Positions 1-9,835 of a stretch of DNA of 64,000 bases are shown one piece after another; within the stretch, counting starts at the first letter, position 1; each line of letters opens with the position of its first letter. Source of the DNA: an uncultured bacterium (GTDB lineage: Bacteria > Auribacterota > Erginobacteria > Erginobacterales > Erginobacteraceae); contig CAWGIE010000031.1 in assembly GCA_963822585.1 (NCBI GenBank), forward strand, positions 256,001-320,000. The letters run 5' to 3'. Position numbers and translations under genes: made by a program. The notes beneath the pieces are model-generated. The model was not told the origin of the DNA. It saw nothing but the letters and a program-made list of their open reading frames with translations, and searched no databases.

Positions 1-2019
1 GAATTTAATCTTCGAGAGAAGTTATATATAATCAATCAACGGAAATGGATCTTGATAGCTTCCGTAGTTATTCTCTTCTCCCTGGTGGCAATCGGAAACT
101 TCACCGCCACGCCTCTCTACCGGGCTATTACCCGCCTGAGGATCGAGCCCAAAATGCCCGATATTGTTCCCTTTAAGGAGTTGTACTCAATTTCGGGCAG
201 CCAACTTGACTATTACAATACCCAGTATAAGATTTTAAAATCCCAATCATTGGCACAAAAGGTTCTGGACAACCTCCCCTCCCCGGAAGCTGCTAAATTA
301 AATGTCGGGCTATTGCTGGAGATGGTGACTATTAAGCCGATTGCCCAGAGCCAGCTGGTTGATATTATGGTCGTCGCGCCCGACCCGGAATTAGCTACCC
401 TGGTAGCTAATTCCTGGGCGGATCAGTTTATCCGCTTGAGCATAGAATCCAAATTTAAGGCCATCCAGACAGCTCTTTCGCAGTTGACGAAACAACTGGA
501 CGAGCAGAATGAAACGGTGAAAACAGCCCAGCAGGAGCTGATGGCATATAAAGAACGAGAGCGGATAGTCTCCCAAGAAGATATCCAGAATGAACTGGAG
601 CAGCTCTCGGAAGCCTATTCGAAAACGAAGCGGGACCGGGAAGAGAAAGAACTTCAGATCGAGCAACTGAAAAAATACGCGGCCGAGGGCATTTCCCTGG
701 AAACGTTTCCCCAGATCCGTTACCACTCCATCATCATGCAATTGAAAAATCGGCTGGTCCTGCTCCAGTCCGAAATGGCGGAGAACTCCCAGCGCTACAA
801 GGCCAAGCACCCGAAGATGATGCAGATAGAGGCCGAGATTAAAATGGTCAAGGAAAACCTGAAGGACGAGATCGATAAAATCATACAGGGGCTTCAGACC
901 GAGCATGAAATGGCTCAGGCCAACGAAAATATGCTCCTGGAGCAACTGGAAAAGCAAAAGACCTTGGCCCTCAATATGGAGAAAAAGGTACTAAAGATTG
1001 AGGACCTTAAGACAAAGGTAATGATCCAACGGGACGGTCAGCAGGCGCTTCTTTCACGGGTTAACGAAACAAGCATGACAAAAGGAATAGAAATCACGAA
1101 CATCTTGATTGTTGATTATGCCAAGGCTCCGACGTCTCCTTTTAAACCGAGAATATTATTCAATTTATTTCTCTCATTGATCATTGGAACAGCCGGCGGC
1201 ATCGGGATTATATTTCTGATGGAGAATCTCGATAATAGTATCAAGACCGCGAACGAAGCAAAAAAAATCCTTAAAATTCCGTTTCTCGGCGCTATCCCCT
1301 CTTATTCCCAGGCAAATACTAAACATGGTCAGTCTCCACTGGAGATCATACGAGATCCTTTAGGGTTGATCTCAGAAGCATTCCGGACAATAAGAACCGG
1401 GATCTATTTTGCTTCACCCGATGCATCACCCCAGATAATTCTAATAACCAGTTCCCTTCCGCAGGAGGGCAAGACTGACATCTCTACCATTCTGTCTGTT
1501 ATTCTGGCCAATGCAGACGAAAATGTGCTTCTGATAGACAGCGACATGAGGAAACCCCGAATCGGCGGAATTTTCGGGGCAGATAAACAAAGTCCGGGAT
1601 TGAGCGAACTTCTGCTGGGCCAATGCGAGTTAACCGATGCCATTCAAAAAACCGAATTCCCCAGGCTGAAAATTATCACCAGTGGGAAGATCCCTTCCAA
1701 TCCTTCCGAACTTATTAACTCACCGCAATTCAAAACCGTATTATCTGAACTCAGAAAGTCCTGGGATCGTGTTATCCTGGATTCTCCTCCTCTTCTCTCA
1801 GTTACCGATGCGACTATTCTAGGAAGGATGGTTGACGGTGTAATCCTCATAGTAAAAGCAGGTCATACCGGCGGCAAAATGGCTGTTTTTTGCCAGGAGA
1901 AGCTGAAACAGGTAAATGCTCATTTCATCGGCATAATCTTAAACAGGGTTGATATTCATCGGGGAATCAACTATTACTATTACTATAGTCAGTATTATTC
2001 CCCCCAAACCCGGGGTTGA
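1..2019 (+). CDS. wzc: Polysaccharide co-polymerase / tyrosine autokinase (Wzc/GumC-CapB type), 5'-truncated by window edge
   Basis: Frame open from base 1 (EFNLREKLYIINQRKWIL...). Two TM segments flank a long coiled coil. Walker A SSLPQEGKT, A' LLIDSDMRKP, B VILDSPP, C-terminal Tyr cluster NYYYYYSQYY. Confidence 0.93.
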   Translation, partial: EFNLREKLYIINQRKWILIASVVILFSLVAIGNFTATPLYRAITRLRIEPKMPDIVPFKELYSISGSQLDYYNTQYKILKSQSLAQKVLDNLPSPEAAKLNVGLLLEMVTIKPIAQSQLVDIMVVAPDPELATLVANSWADQFIRLSIESKFKAIQTALSQLTKQLDEQNETVKTAQQELMAYKERERIVSQEDIQNELEQLSEAYSKTKRDREEKELQIEQLKKYAAEGISLETFPQIRYHSIIMQLKNRLVLLQSEMAENSQRYKAKHPKMMQIEAEIKMVKENLKDEIDKIIQGLQTEHEMAQANENMLLEQLEKQKTLALNMEKKVLKIEDLKTKVMIQRDGQQALLSRVNETSMTKGIEITNILIVDYAKAPTSPFKPRILFNLFLSLIIGTAGGIGIIFLMENLDNSIKTANEAKKILKIPFLGAIPSYSQANTKHGQSPLEIIRDPLGLISEAFRTIRTGIYFASPDASPQIILITSSLPQEGKTDISTILSVILANADENVLLIDSDMRKPRIGGIFGADKQSPGLSELLLGQCELTDAIQKTEFPRLKIITSGKIPSNPSELINSPQFKTVLSELRKSWDRVILDSPPLLSVTDATILGRMVDGVILIVKAGHTGGKMAVFCQEKLKQVNAHFIGIILNRVDIHRGINYYYYYSQYYSPQTRG

Positions 2020-2071
2020 AATTTTTATGCGGTCGCATCACCCCGATAATATCTCTGTTTTATTGTCTCTT

Positions 2072-3466
2072 TCATCTCTTCAGCATTCGGTTCAGCCGAC
2101 TTTTAATCAGGAAAAATAATGCTCTTTTTCTTTTCCAGAAAAATCCGGCAAAATCAAGCAGCCGCAGGTTCTTCAGGTAGATGTATACGTATGCTTTTTT
2201 TTGCCACTTCAACATCTCCCGATAGGGCATACCGTCCAATTCCAGAACCTTTCCCCCATATTTGTCGTACAATGCCCAGTTTCGTGAAAGCAACCGGTAT
2301 CCCTCCTCTCCCTTGAGAGCCATCTCGTAAATCGAGGTACCCGGGTAAGGAACCATGAGGCCAACGGCGATGGTCTCCGTATTCAGCTGTGCGGCCAGAT
2401 CAACGGTTTTCCGAATTGTTTCCCTGGTTTCTCCGGGGTGTCCCAAAATGTAGTAGGTGGCTATTTTGATCCCTTCACTTTTAATAATTTCCACCGCATT
2501 TTTTACCTGATCTATGGTGATTCCCTTGTTTATCGCTTTTAATATCTTTTCATCACCTGATTCCACCCCCATCTCCAGGCGAAAACAACCCGCCTCTTTG
2601 GCAAGTTTGATGAGTTCCCGGGTCACAAGGTTTGCCCGGGTCAGACCACTCCATCTGATTTTCAAAGAATATCTCATCTGGATGAGGCTATTCAAAAGAG
2701 TACGAGTACGCTGATCATCAGAAAGAAATATCTCATCAATAAAATTAAAAGTGTGGGCGCCGTATTGGCTTACTGCGTTTTCTATCTCCTGACATATGTT
2801 TTCGACGCCGCGACGTCTTATTTCCTTGCCCAGTACTCTCATGCAAAAAGCACAGCGATAGGGACACCCGCGACTGGTGCAGATGGGATAATATAATTTA
2901 CGACCTGACAATGCCCGGGGATTATCTCCATAATATTCCTGAAAATCGGGAAAAGGGAGATTATCCAGTTCCTCCCCCGACATGAAAGACCGGGTGCCGG
3001 TTCGCGAAATTGATTTTCCGTTGAAAAATACTAATCCATTGACTTTTTCCGGATCGAATTCACTCCCCTCTTCCAAGCCTTCCATCAATCGGGCCAAGGT
3101 CTTTTCTCCCTCGCCGCAGACACCATAATCAAAAACAGGGAACTCGGTCAGAGTTTCTTCAGGAATAGCAGTAACGTGACATCCCCCTATAATAACAGGA
3201 ACTCCCAGACGCTCTTTCAAGCCGCGAGCAAGCTGTGCCGTCCGGCCAATCTCGTGGGTCATGGAGGTAAAACCCAGCACATCCGGATCATATTCTATCA
3301 CCCGGCGCGCCAGCTCTTTTATCGTCCAGGCGTGGAAATAGGCGTCAAATATTCTGCTCTGGATACCACAGGTTTTCAGATATGCGCTAATATAGGCAAT
3401 TCCCAGGGCGGGTTGCCTATACCAATCGGCATACGTGGGTGGAAGTTTTATCAAGGCAATCTTCAT
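2072..3466 (-). CDS. B12-binding domain radical SAM protein (class B-like methyltransferase)
   Basis: N-terminal cobalamin-binding-type motifs (PALGIAYI, IIGGCHVT, GEGE); TSRGCPYRCAFC CxxxCxxC; GVESG. Confidence 0.9.
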   Translation of the reverse strand: MKIALIKLPPTYADWYRQPALGIAYISAYLKTCGIQSRIFDAYFHAWTIKELARRVIEYDPDVLGFTSMTHEIGRTAQLARGLKERLGVPVIIGGCHVTAIPEETLTEFPVFDYGVCGEGEKTLARLMEGLEEGSEFDPEKVNGLVFFNGKSISRTGTRSFMSGEELDNLPFPDFQEYYGDNPRALSGRKLYYPICTSRGCPYRCAFCMRVLGKEIRRRGVENICQEIENAVSQYGAHTFNFIDEIFLSDDQRTRTLLNSLIQMRYSLKIRWSGLTRANLVTRELIKLAKEAGCFRLEMGVESGDEKILKAINKGITIDQVKNAVEIIKSEGIKIATYYILGHPGETRETIRKTVDLAAQLNTETIAVGLMVPYPGTSIYEMALKGEEGYRLLSRNWALYDKYGGKVLELDGMPYREMLKWQKKAYVYIYLKNLRLLDFAGFFWKRKRALFFLIKSRLNRMLKR

Positions 3467-3579
3467 TTTATCGGAGGACTATTAAAGAAAGCAGAAACGT
3501 TAAGATACTTGCGGCGGTTGATAAAAATCCACTTGTGGAGTCCATCTATGATAATTGAATAAAGACCAGGGAAAATCCA

Positions 3580-5502
3580 TTATTGCAGATATCCCAACGC
3601 CCTCAGCTTTTGCGCAGTATTATGATCCAATTCCACCTCTTCTGTGTCCTCCTGATTTGCTAATAGTTGATTATGGACCTGCTTTAATTTTGCGAGGAGG
3701 CGGGAAGCGATTTCCGGTTCTTCCTGATATATATTCCTCAATTCCCCGGGATCTGCATTTAGATCAAATAACAGGGTGGCTTCTTTCCCATTATCATTGT
3801 ACCCGTAGATCAGTTTATATCTCCCCTCCCGGATGGATCTCCCCCCTCTATTTTCTAATATCACCTCGTTATAGATTACATCCTGGCCATACCTTCTTTT
3901 TTCTTGGGCGGCGGCAATGATGTCTTGAATGGTTGGCGTCCCGCGAGTTTCTTCACCCAGCAGATGGAGCATCATCGGCATAATGTCGATATGACTGATC
4001 GGCTCGTCAATCCGGACCCCCCGGGGAAAATGACCGGGCCAGGCCATAATCAGGGGGATTTTGCTCTGCTCTTCGTACAATGAACCGCCATGATACCACC
4101 CTTGATGATCATAAAATTCCTCTCCATGGTCCGAGGTAACTATGACCACAGTGTCAGCGTAAGCTTCCATTGTTTTCAAACCCTCGATTAAAATGCCGAC
4201 AACCTCTTCACTATACATGAGGGCGGCATCATAATTACCTATTAATTCTTTTAGTTCCTTATCTTCAAGCGACGGTTGCTTCTGGAAAGATAGAAAACTG
4301 CCGTGGGCGGGTGGATTGAGACGGGGGACTCCTCCCAACCCCAACTTTTTCCGGTAGGTGGCGGGAGCTGAAAAAGGAACGTGCGGCCCTAAAAGATGGA
4401 GATAGGCAAAGAACTTTCCTTTGCTTCGAATAACATCTCCGGACCAGTTCACGAACCTGCTCATCAAACCTTTATCCGAGAATAGAAATCTTCTGGTTAC
4501 ACCGTTGTCAAGTGCAAAGGGGCTAAATTTATTAAGAAAGTAAAGAACGTGATGTATCGATAAGTACGGGCGATCGAAGAAATCAGCTTCTCCCCCAATG
4601 CCGTAACGGGGAGAAATCCAGGGGCTATTGGAAAATATTCCGATCTTGTATCCCCGCTCCTTCAATTTCCCCAGGAGGGTTGGAACTTTCCCGGAGAGTT
4701 TAGAGCGATAACCATTGGTACCATGCTCGGTCGGATAGAGTGAAGTTAGCAGAGAGACCACAGACGGGAGAGTCCAGGTGGCTGCATCATAGGCATTAGT
4801 AAAGAGAATTCCCTCACGACTCAAGGCATCGATATGCGGAGATATCAGCTTGTCATATCCGTAACAATGTAGATGATCCGCCCGGACATCATCAATGACC
4901 AGGAGGACTATATTCGGGACGCCCTGAAGCGAAGAGGAACTGAGGGCTTTTTCTCTACCGAAAAAGATACCGAACAGAATGGCCAAAGATATCAACCCCA
5001 ATATAAGCAGTTTGCGGAGACCAGGCAGGAATGATTTATCTGAGCCAGCTTTGCTTCTGGAGAAGATTAAGCTACTAATTTTAGGAGTATATCTATAGAT
5101 TAATATCCATACTAGTAACCATGTTAGATCGAAGGCCAGACTTTTCGCGGAATGAGCAAGGGGGAGATATTTTTTATTCACCACCGTAAAGCCGATAAGA
5201 CAGATAGAGAGGCAGGAAAAAAATAATAGCGGTGGATTCCGGCGACGAATAGCTACTATACCCCGACCTGAGAACAACCCCCAAAGTCCGAACCCTACCG
5301 AGATGAAAAGGCCGATCAGAGTCCAGAGGCCGGAGTAGGTCATAACCGCAGTTCCGATAGCGGTGAGGGAGATTGCCTCATGGAAAAGACGGTGCGCCAA
5401 CCATGCGTCCACAATGCCCGTCAGAGCACCGATTAGAAACCCGGAAAAGCAGAATTCAAGTAACAGGCTAACCGGCTCAAGCAACTTTCTCCTCATTCCC
5501 AT
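3580..5502 (-). CDS. Membrane-anchored sulfatase-like hydrolase/transferase (alkaline phosphatase superfamily)
   Basis: ~5 N-terminal TM helices; PNIVLLVIDDVRADHL, WTLPSVVSLLT, PHVP, TSDHGEEF..H..H; ends LRALGYLQ. Confidence 0.88.
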   Translation of the reverse strand: MGMRRKLLEPVSLLLEFCFSGFLIGALTGIVDAWLAHRLFHEAISLTAIGTAVMTYSGLWTLIGLFISVGFGLWGLFSGRGIVAIRRRNPPLLFFSCLSICLIGFTVVNKKYLPLAHSAKSLAFDLTWLLVWILIYRYTPKISSLIFSRSKAGSDKSFLPGLRKLLILGLISLAILFGIFFGREKALSSSSLQGVPNIVLLVIDDVRADHLHCYGYDKLISPHIDALSREGILFTNAYDAATWTLPSVVSLLTSLYPTEHGTNGYRSKLSGKVPTLLGKLKERGYKIGIFSNSPWISPRYGIGGEADFFDRPYLSIHHVLYFLNKFSPFALDNGVTRRFLFSDKGLMSRFVNWSGDVIRSKGKFFAYLHLLGPHVPFSAPATYRKKLGLGGVPRLNPPAHGSFLSFQKQPSLEDKELKELIGNYDAALMYSEEVVGILIEGLKTMEAYADTVVIVTSDHGEEFYDHQGWYHGGSLYEEQSKIPLIMAWPGHFPRGVRIDEPISHIDIMPMMLHLLGEETRGTPTIQDIIAAAQEKRRYGQDVIYNEVILENRGGRSIREGRYKLIYGYNDNGKEATLLFDLNADPGELRNIYQEEPEIASRLLAKLKQVHNQLLANQEDTEEVELDHNTAQKLRALGYLQ

Positions 5503-6510
5503 TTAGAAATCAGCGGCTTCGGTTATCTTGTCCCAATTTGAGCGAAACCACTCCAGATTATTTTTAATACCTTCCGAAAAATCCACCCCGGGTCTGTAAC
5601 CCAATATTCGACCGGCTTTCTCTATCGAGGCCAACAGACGATCTTTGGTATCCCACTTGCGCCGGGGGATATGATGTATCCCGGCCTTATTCCCGGTTAA
5701 TTTGTTGATCAGTTGAGCCAGTTCAATGATCTTCACTTCTTGACCGGAAGCTAAATTGATCTCCTCTCCCACCGCCTGCTCAATAAAACCGGCCCGCAGC
5801 ATTCCGGCAATGATATCATTAACATAGGTAAAATCACGGGTCTCTTCCCCGCTTCCGGTAATAGGAAGAGTTTTCCCCTGAAGCGCCCAGAAGATGAAAT
5901 TCGGGATTACATTCCGGTAACGGCCGGGTATTTCGCCCGGACCGTATGAATTAAAGAACCGTGTCTTCACCACTTTTAAACTGTAATGCTGCTGGAAGAA
6001 GTTGCAGTAAAGCTCCCCCAGCATTTTAGTAATCTGGTAGGGACTGCTCAAGTGAAGGGACATGTATTCTTCTCTCAGAGGCAACGGAGATCGGCTACCG
6101 TAAATAGAGCATCCGGAAGAGGCGTAAATAAACCTTTCCACACCGGCGGACCGGGCGGCCTGGAGAACTTTGAGTGTTCCCAGTCCATTAACCATGAGAT
6201 CTCTCTCAGGGTGATCGACGGAATTTTGATTTGCAAAAAAAGCGGCCAGGTGAAATACACAGCAGGGGTTTTCTCTGAAAGCTCTACTCAGGCTCTTTTC
6301 ATCAAGAACGCTCCCCTCGATGAAAATGACATTCGGCAGGTTGGGGACAAGCCACTTATATGAGGAGGAGAGATCGTCTAAAATAATTACCCGGGCGGCA
6401 CCGCAATTGGCCAGTGCCCTACACAGATTACTGCCAATCGCTCCGGCTCCACCGGTAACCAGGATAACTTTTCCCCGGTAATAGTTCATATTTTCAGTTG
6501 GAAGGTTCAT
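5503..6510 (-). CDS. NAD-dependent nucleotide-sugar epimerase/dehydratase (extended SDR, WbmF-like)
   Basis: TGGAGAIGS Rossmann motif, HLAA, YQITK catalytic motif, RFFNSYGPG, TRDFTYV. Confidence 0.92.
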   Translation of the reverse strand: MNLPTENMNYYRGKVILVTGGAGAIGSNLCRALANCGAARVIILDDLSSSYKWLVPNLPNVIFIEGSVLDEKSLSRAFRENPCCVFHLAAFFANQNSVDHPERDLMVNGLGTLKVLQAARSAGVERFIYASSGCSIYGSRSPLPLREEYMSLHLSSPYQITKMLGELYCNFFQQHYSLKVVKTRFFNSYGPGEIPGRYRNVIPNFIFWALQGKTLPITGSGEETRDFTYVNDIIAGMLRAGFIEQAVGEEINLASGQEVKIIELAQLINKLTGNKAGIHHIPRRKWDTKDRLLASIEKAGRILGYRPGVDFSEGIKNNLEWFRSNWDKITEAADF

Positions 6511-6574
6511 GCGGCAGTCCTTGTGGAGACGATGAAAACAAAAGCCAAATACTATCCTTCAGCCAGGGCATTTG

Positions 6575-7798
6575 TCAACCATTCCCCAGATTAGCCGATC
6601 GGAAAAAAGCTTTTGTTATGGCCCGGGTGGTTGTTTCGACTGAAAAATGTTTTACTTTCTCTCTGGCATTAAAAGCCATTTTAATCCTGAGCTCCTCATC
6701 AGAGAGCAATCTTTCCAATCGTTCCGTCAACTCATCCACATTTCCCAGTGGATAAATATACCCTGTTTTACCGGGAACAACCAGATCCCGGGCACAGGTG
6801 CATCCATCGGAGACAATCACCGGTAAGCCACTGGCCATTGCCTCATTAACTGATAAGCCCCATGTCTCGTGGGCGGAAGGTAAAACAAATACATCCCCCA
6901 TCGCATAATATTTGATAATACTTTTTTGATTTTGGAAACCGACTAAATGAATCCGTTTATCGCCTTCAGCCTCCTTCCGGATTTTTTTCATCAGTATCCC
7001 ATCACCAACCACGACCAGGACTGCGTTCAGGTCCCGTGGTAATCTTTTTACCGCTTTGATTAAATCCACCGGCCTCTTTCTGGGGATTAATTTTCCCGTG
7101 TACAGGACAACCTTCGCTTCCGGAGGGAGATTGATTTCCTCCCGTAAACAGTGTAATTCCCGGGATTTCTTCCGCCGATCCACTCCACGGAAAAAATACT
7201 CGTTATCAACACAATATGGAGCCCGTATCAGTCTGTCAAAGGCGACCCCGTGTTCCAGGAGAAATTGTTCCGAAAGTGTCCCCGTCGTCAGAAATAGATC
7301 TATCTTTTTAAGAAAACGGGGATAGCATGTCTTTTTAACCCTGTTCTTGATCCATCCCAGCGTCTTCCCCCAATAAGTGGATTGTCGCCAGTGTGCAGCA
7401 ACAGTCTCCCCCCGATATATCAAAGGTCTTCTCGTTTTTTGACATATACTCAGTATTCTCCTGAATAAAATGGTATTCCATGAAACCATCAAAAGAACTT
7501 GCGTTATTCCGTCACCAGCCAAAATTTTCCGCGCGTCGATTATGTCTAAAAGCCACTTTTTCCGATAGTAATTCTTATATTTGAGTCCATTGGGGAACCG
7601 ATAGGGATATCCTTCGAGAAGAGGGATGTCCCAGGCAAAACGCCGCCCGAAACCGGCATCAACCGAGTCAGGGGATATTCCATGGGTGGATCCGAAGTAA
7701 ACGCAAAATTCAATCTCCCCCATCCGGGAGAGTTCCTTAAAAATGGGAACCTGGTATTGAATCGGATGGGAAGTGATTATTGCTAATTTACTATCCAC
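6575..7798 (-). CDS. Glycosyltransferase family 4
   Basis: SHPIQYQ N-terminus; GKLIPRKRP; DVFVLPSAHETWGLSVNEAMASGLPVI. Confidence 0.92.
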   Translation of the reverse strand: MDSKLAIITSHPIQYQVPIFKELSRMGEIEFCVYFGSTHGISPDSVDAGFGRRFAWDIPLLEGYPYRFPNGLKYKNYYRKKWLLDIIDARKILAGDGITQVLLMVSWNTILFRRILSICQKTRRPLIYRGETVAAHWRQSTYWGKTLGWIKNRVKKTCYPRFLKKIDLFLTTGTLSEQFLLEHGVAFDRLIRAPYCVDNEYFFRGVDRRKKSRELHCLREEINLPPEAKVVLYTGKLIPRKRPVDLIKAVKRLPRDLNAVLVVVGDGILMKKIRKEAEGDKRIHLVGFQNQKSIIKYYAMGDVFVLPSAHETWGLSVNEAMASGLPVIVSDGCTCARDLVVPGKTGYIYPLGNVDELTERLERLLSDEELRIKMAFNAREKVKHFSVETTTRAITKAFFRSANLGNG

Positions 7799-7895
7799 GC
7801 AACTCGTACCTTACTCATTACTAACGGATCTGATCTTCGAGGGATGGCTATCAACAATAGGCCTGTAGTACGTCCCTGGATATGCTTACCTATGT

Positions 7896-8681
7896 TCACT
7901 TTCTGCATATCAGCAGAATATCTTCACTGGGAGCATGAATCCGACTGTCAAGGATATGGTCCAAGTGGATAAGTAATTTATTATATAACCAAACTTTGAG
8001 CTTACTTCTTCTACCATTGTCAAGGGGTATTGATTTACTGACCAATAAAGTAAAATCGACACTGGTTACTAATTTTTCGATGCTTTTACGAGTAAACGTG
8101 TGCATATGCAAATGATCTCTTTTCAAACCCATCATTACTCTTAGTAATTTTGTTACATTAGTAAAAGAAAAAACATGTATTGCAATAATTAAAATTCCGC
8201 CTTTTTTTGTTATCCTCCATGATTCCCTCAGCACTTTCAATGGCTGATAGACATGGTCTAATATATTCGTCATAATTATAAGATCAAATGACCTTTTTTG
8301 AAAAGGTAGATATTCACCTATTCCTTTGATGGAATATACTCCAGAATTCTGATGATATTCCTTTCGGACATCAATAACCGGATCAAGCCCATATCGGATG
8401 CCATTGTTTAAAAAATCTACAAGACCATATTCTCTACACCCTATGTCTAAAATCCGGTGATTGGCTTGAAATTTAACATATTGATTAATAATTTTTCTGT
8501 AGCGCTTATATTTTTTTCTTCGTTTTAAATAAATATCCCCCCCATTATTCCGACTTACCGCTATAGTTTCGATCTGAACTGTTTTTTCCCAGGACTCTCT
8601 TCTTCTGCTTTTGACCCAGTTTACTCCGGATGGTCCGTCATGAGTTATTTGATCTCTATAACCGGCTACTTTTTTCATCAC
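7896..8681 (-). CDS. Class I SAM-dependent methyltransferase (AT-rich)
   Basis: ILDIGC motif I, GEYLPF..SFDLI, LDHV..P, KGGILII. Confidence 0.82.
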   Translation of the reverse strand: MMKKVAGYRDQITHDGPSGVNWVKSRRRESWEKTVQIETIAVSRNNGGDIYLKRRKKYKRYRKIINQYVKFQANHRILDIGCREYGLVDFLNNGIRYGLDPVIDVRKEYHQNSGVYSIKGIGEYLPFQKRSFDLIIMTNILDHVYQPLKVLRESWRITKKGGILIIAIHVFSFTNVTKLLRVMMGLKRDHLHMHTFTRKSIEKLVTSVDFTLLVSKSIPLDNGRRSKLKVWLYNKLLIHLDHILDSRIHAPSEDILLICRK

Positions 8682-8782
8682 TTTTTTGACCTTTAACCCG
8701 GATTATTACCGAGAGCGGAAAACAAATCAGATTGCCCATGCTGAGACTCTTCACTTCGTTCATAATAGCAGCTGGAATCTAT

Positions 8783-9835
8783 TCAATGCTGCGTGGAAAT
8801 TACCTTTTGACAGGCATTTATCACTTGATCGGAAGAGATAGAAAGAAGACATCTCATTTTTTCTTCCTGGCATACTTCTAACATACATCCCTCACAGGGA
8901 ACGTATTCCCTTAAGATTTGATGACCTTTACCATAGGGGAACCAGACCCCAGGCGCTTCCCGGGCAGAAAATAGAGCTACGGATTTTAAACCAGCCGAAA
9001 CCGCCAGATGCATGATACCGCAATCGTTACCCAAGTAAAACCAGCACCTCTCCATTGCCGCCACCGCCTCACGAATACTAAGCTTACCCGCAAACACATG
9101 GCCCCTTCCTAAGTTATAGACCATTTTCCTCGCGTCAATTTCATCTTCCGGACCGCCAAAAAATACCGGCCAAATATTATATTCACTCACAAGCTTTTCA
9201 AGAACCTCTTGATATCTCTGAAAAGGCCATATTTTGCAAGGCATTTTTGAACTAATCCCCATGGCAACCCAGCGCCTACCCCCATCTGAAGGTAATCTTG
9301 ATATACACTGATTTAACTTTTCCCGTTCCCGAGACCCAATACCGATATCCCACCTTACTTCTTTTAAGCTTGGCACAGACAATCCGGATATTCTAAGGCG
9401 ATTCAGCAACTGTTCCGCAACCTTTGGTGATTGAGGGAGAGGCTGCCCTGGAAACCGGTGATGATAATGATACAACCCTTCTATCCCAATAAAAGTCTTA
9501 ACACCGGCCCATCGGAATATACGTATGTCGCGCTTTACTCTTTCTAATGAATTCCTGGCCCTGATTAAATAGACAAGTTTATCATATGATCTTAACCGAA
9601 TTTTGATCAATACCTTCAATATGTTTACATAATCAGAACTGGAATAGTTAAGGTAATTATTGATTAGTCCGGAACCATCAAGTATTTCCTTCGCCCGAAC
9701 AAGCTTTTTCCCGGGCTGCATATTAGACAACAGATCAATATGGGCATCAGGAAAATTTTCACGTATTACCCATAAAGAAGGAACTGCAACCAGTGTATCG
9801 CCTAATGAGCCGGTGTGAAAAATTAATAGTTTCAC
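8783..9835 (-). CDS. Glycosyltransferase family 9 (heptosyltransferase-like)
   Basis: GSLGDTL, KIWP, GNDCGIMHLA, C-terminal CEGC..C..C cluster. Confidence 0.88.
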   Translation of the reverse strand: MKLLIFHTGSLGDTLVAVPSLWVIRENFPDAHIDLLSNMQPGKKLVRAKEILDGSGLINNYLNYSSSDYVNILKVLIKIRLRSYDKLVYLIRARNSLERVKRDIRIFRWAGVKTFIGIEGLYHYHHRFPGQPLPQSPKVAEQLLNRLRISGLSVPSLKEVRWDIGIGSREREKLNQCISRLPSDGGRRWVAMGISSKMPCKIWPFQRYQEVLEKLVSEYNIWPVFFGGPEDEIDARKMVYNLGRGHVFAGKLSIREAVAAMERCWFYLGNDCGIMHLAVSAGLKSVALFSAREAPGVWFPYGKGHQILREYVPCEGCMLEVCQEEKMRCLLSISSDQVINACQKVISTQH

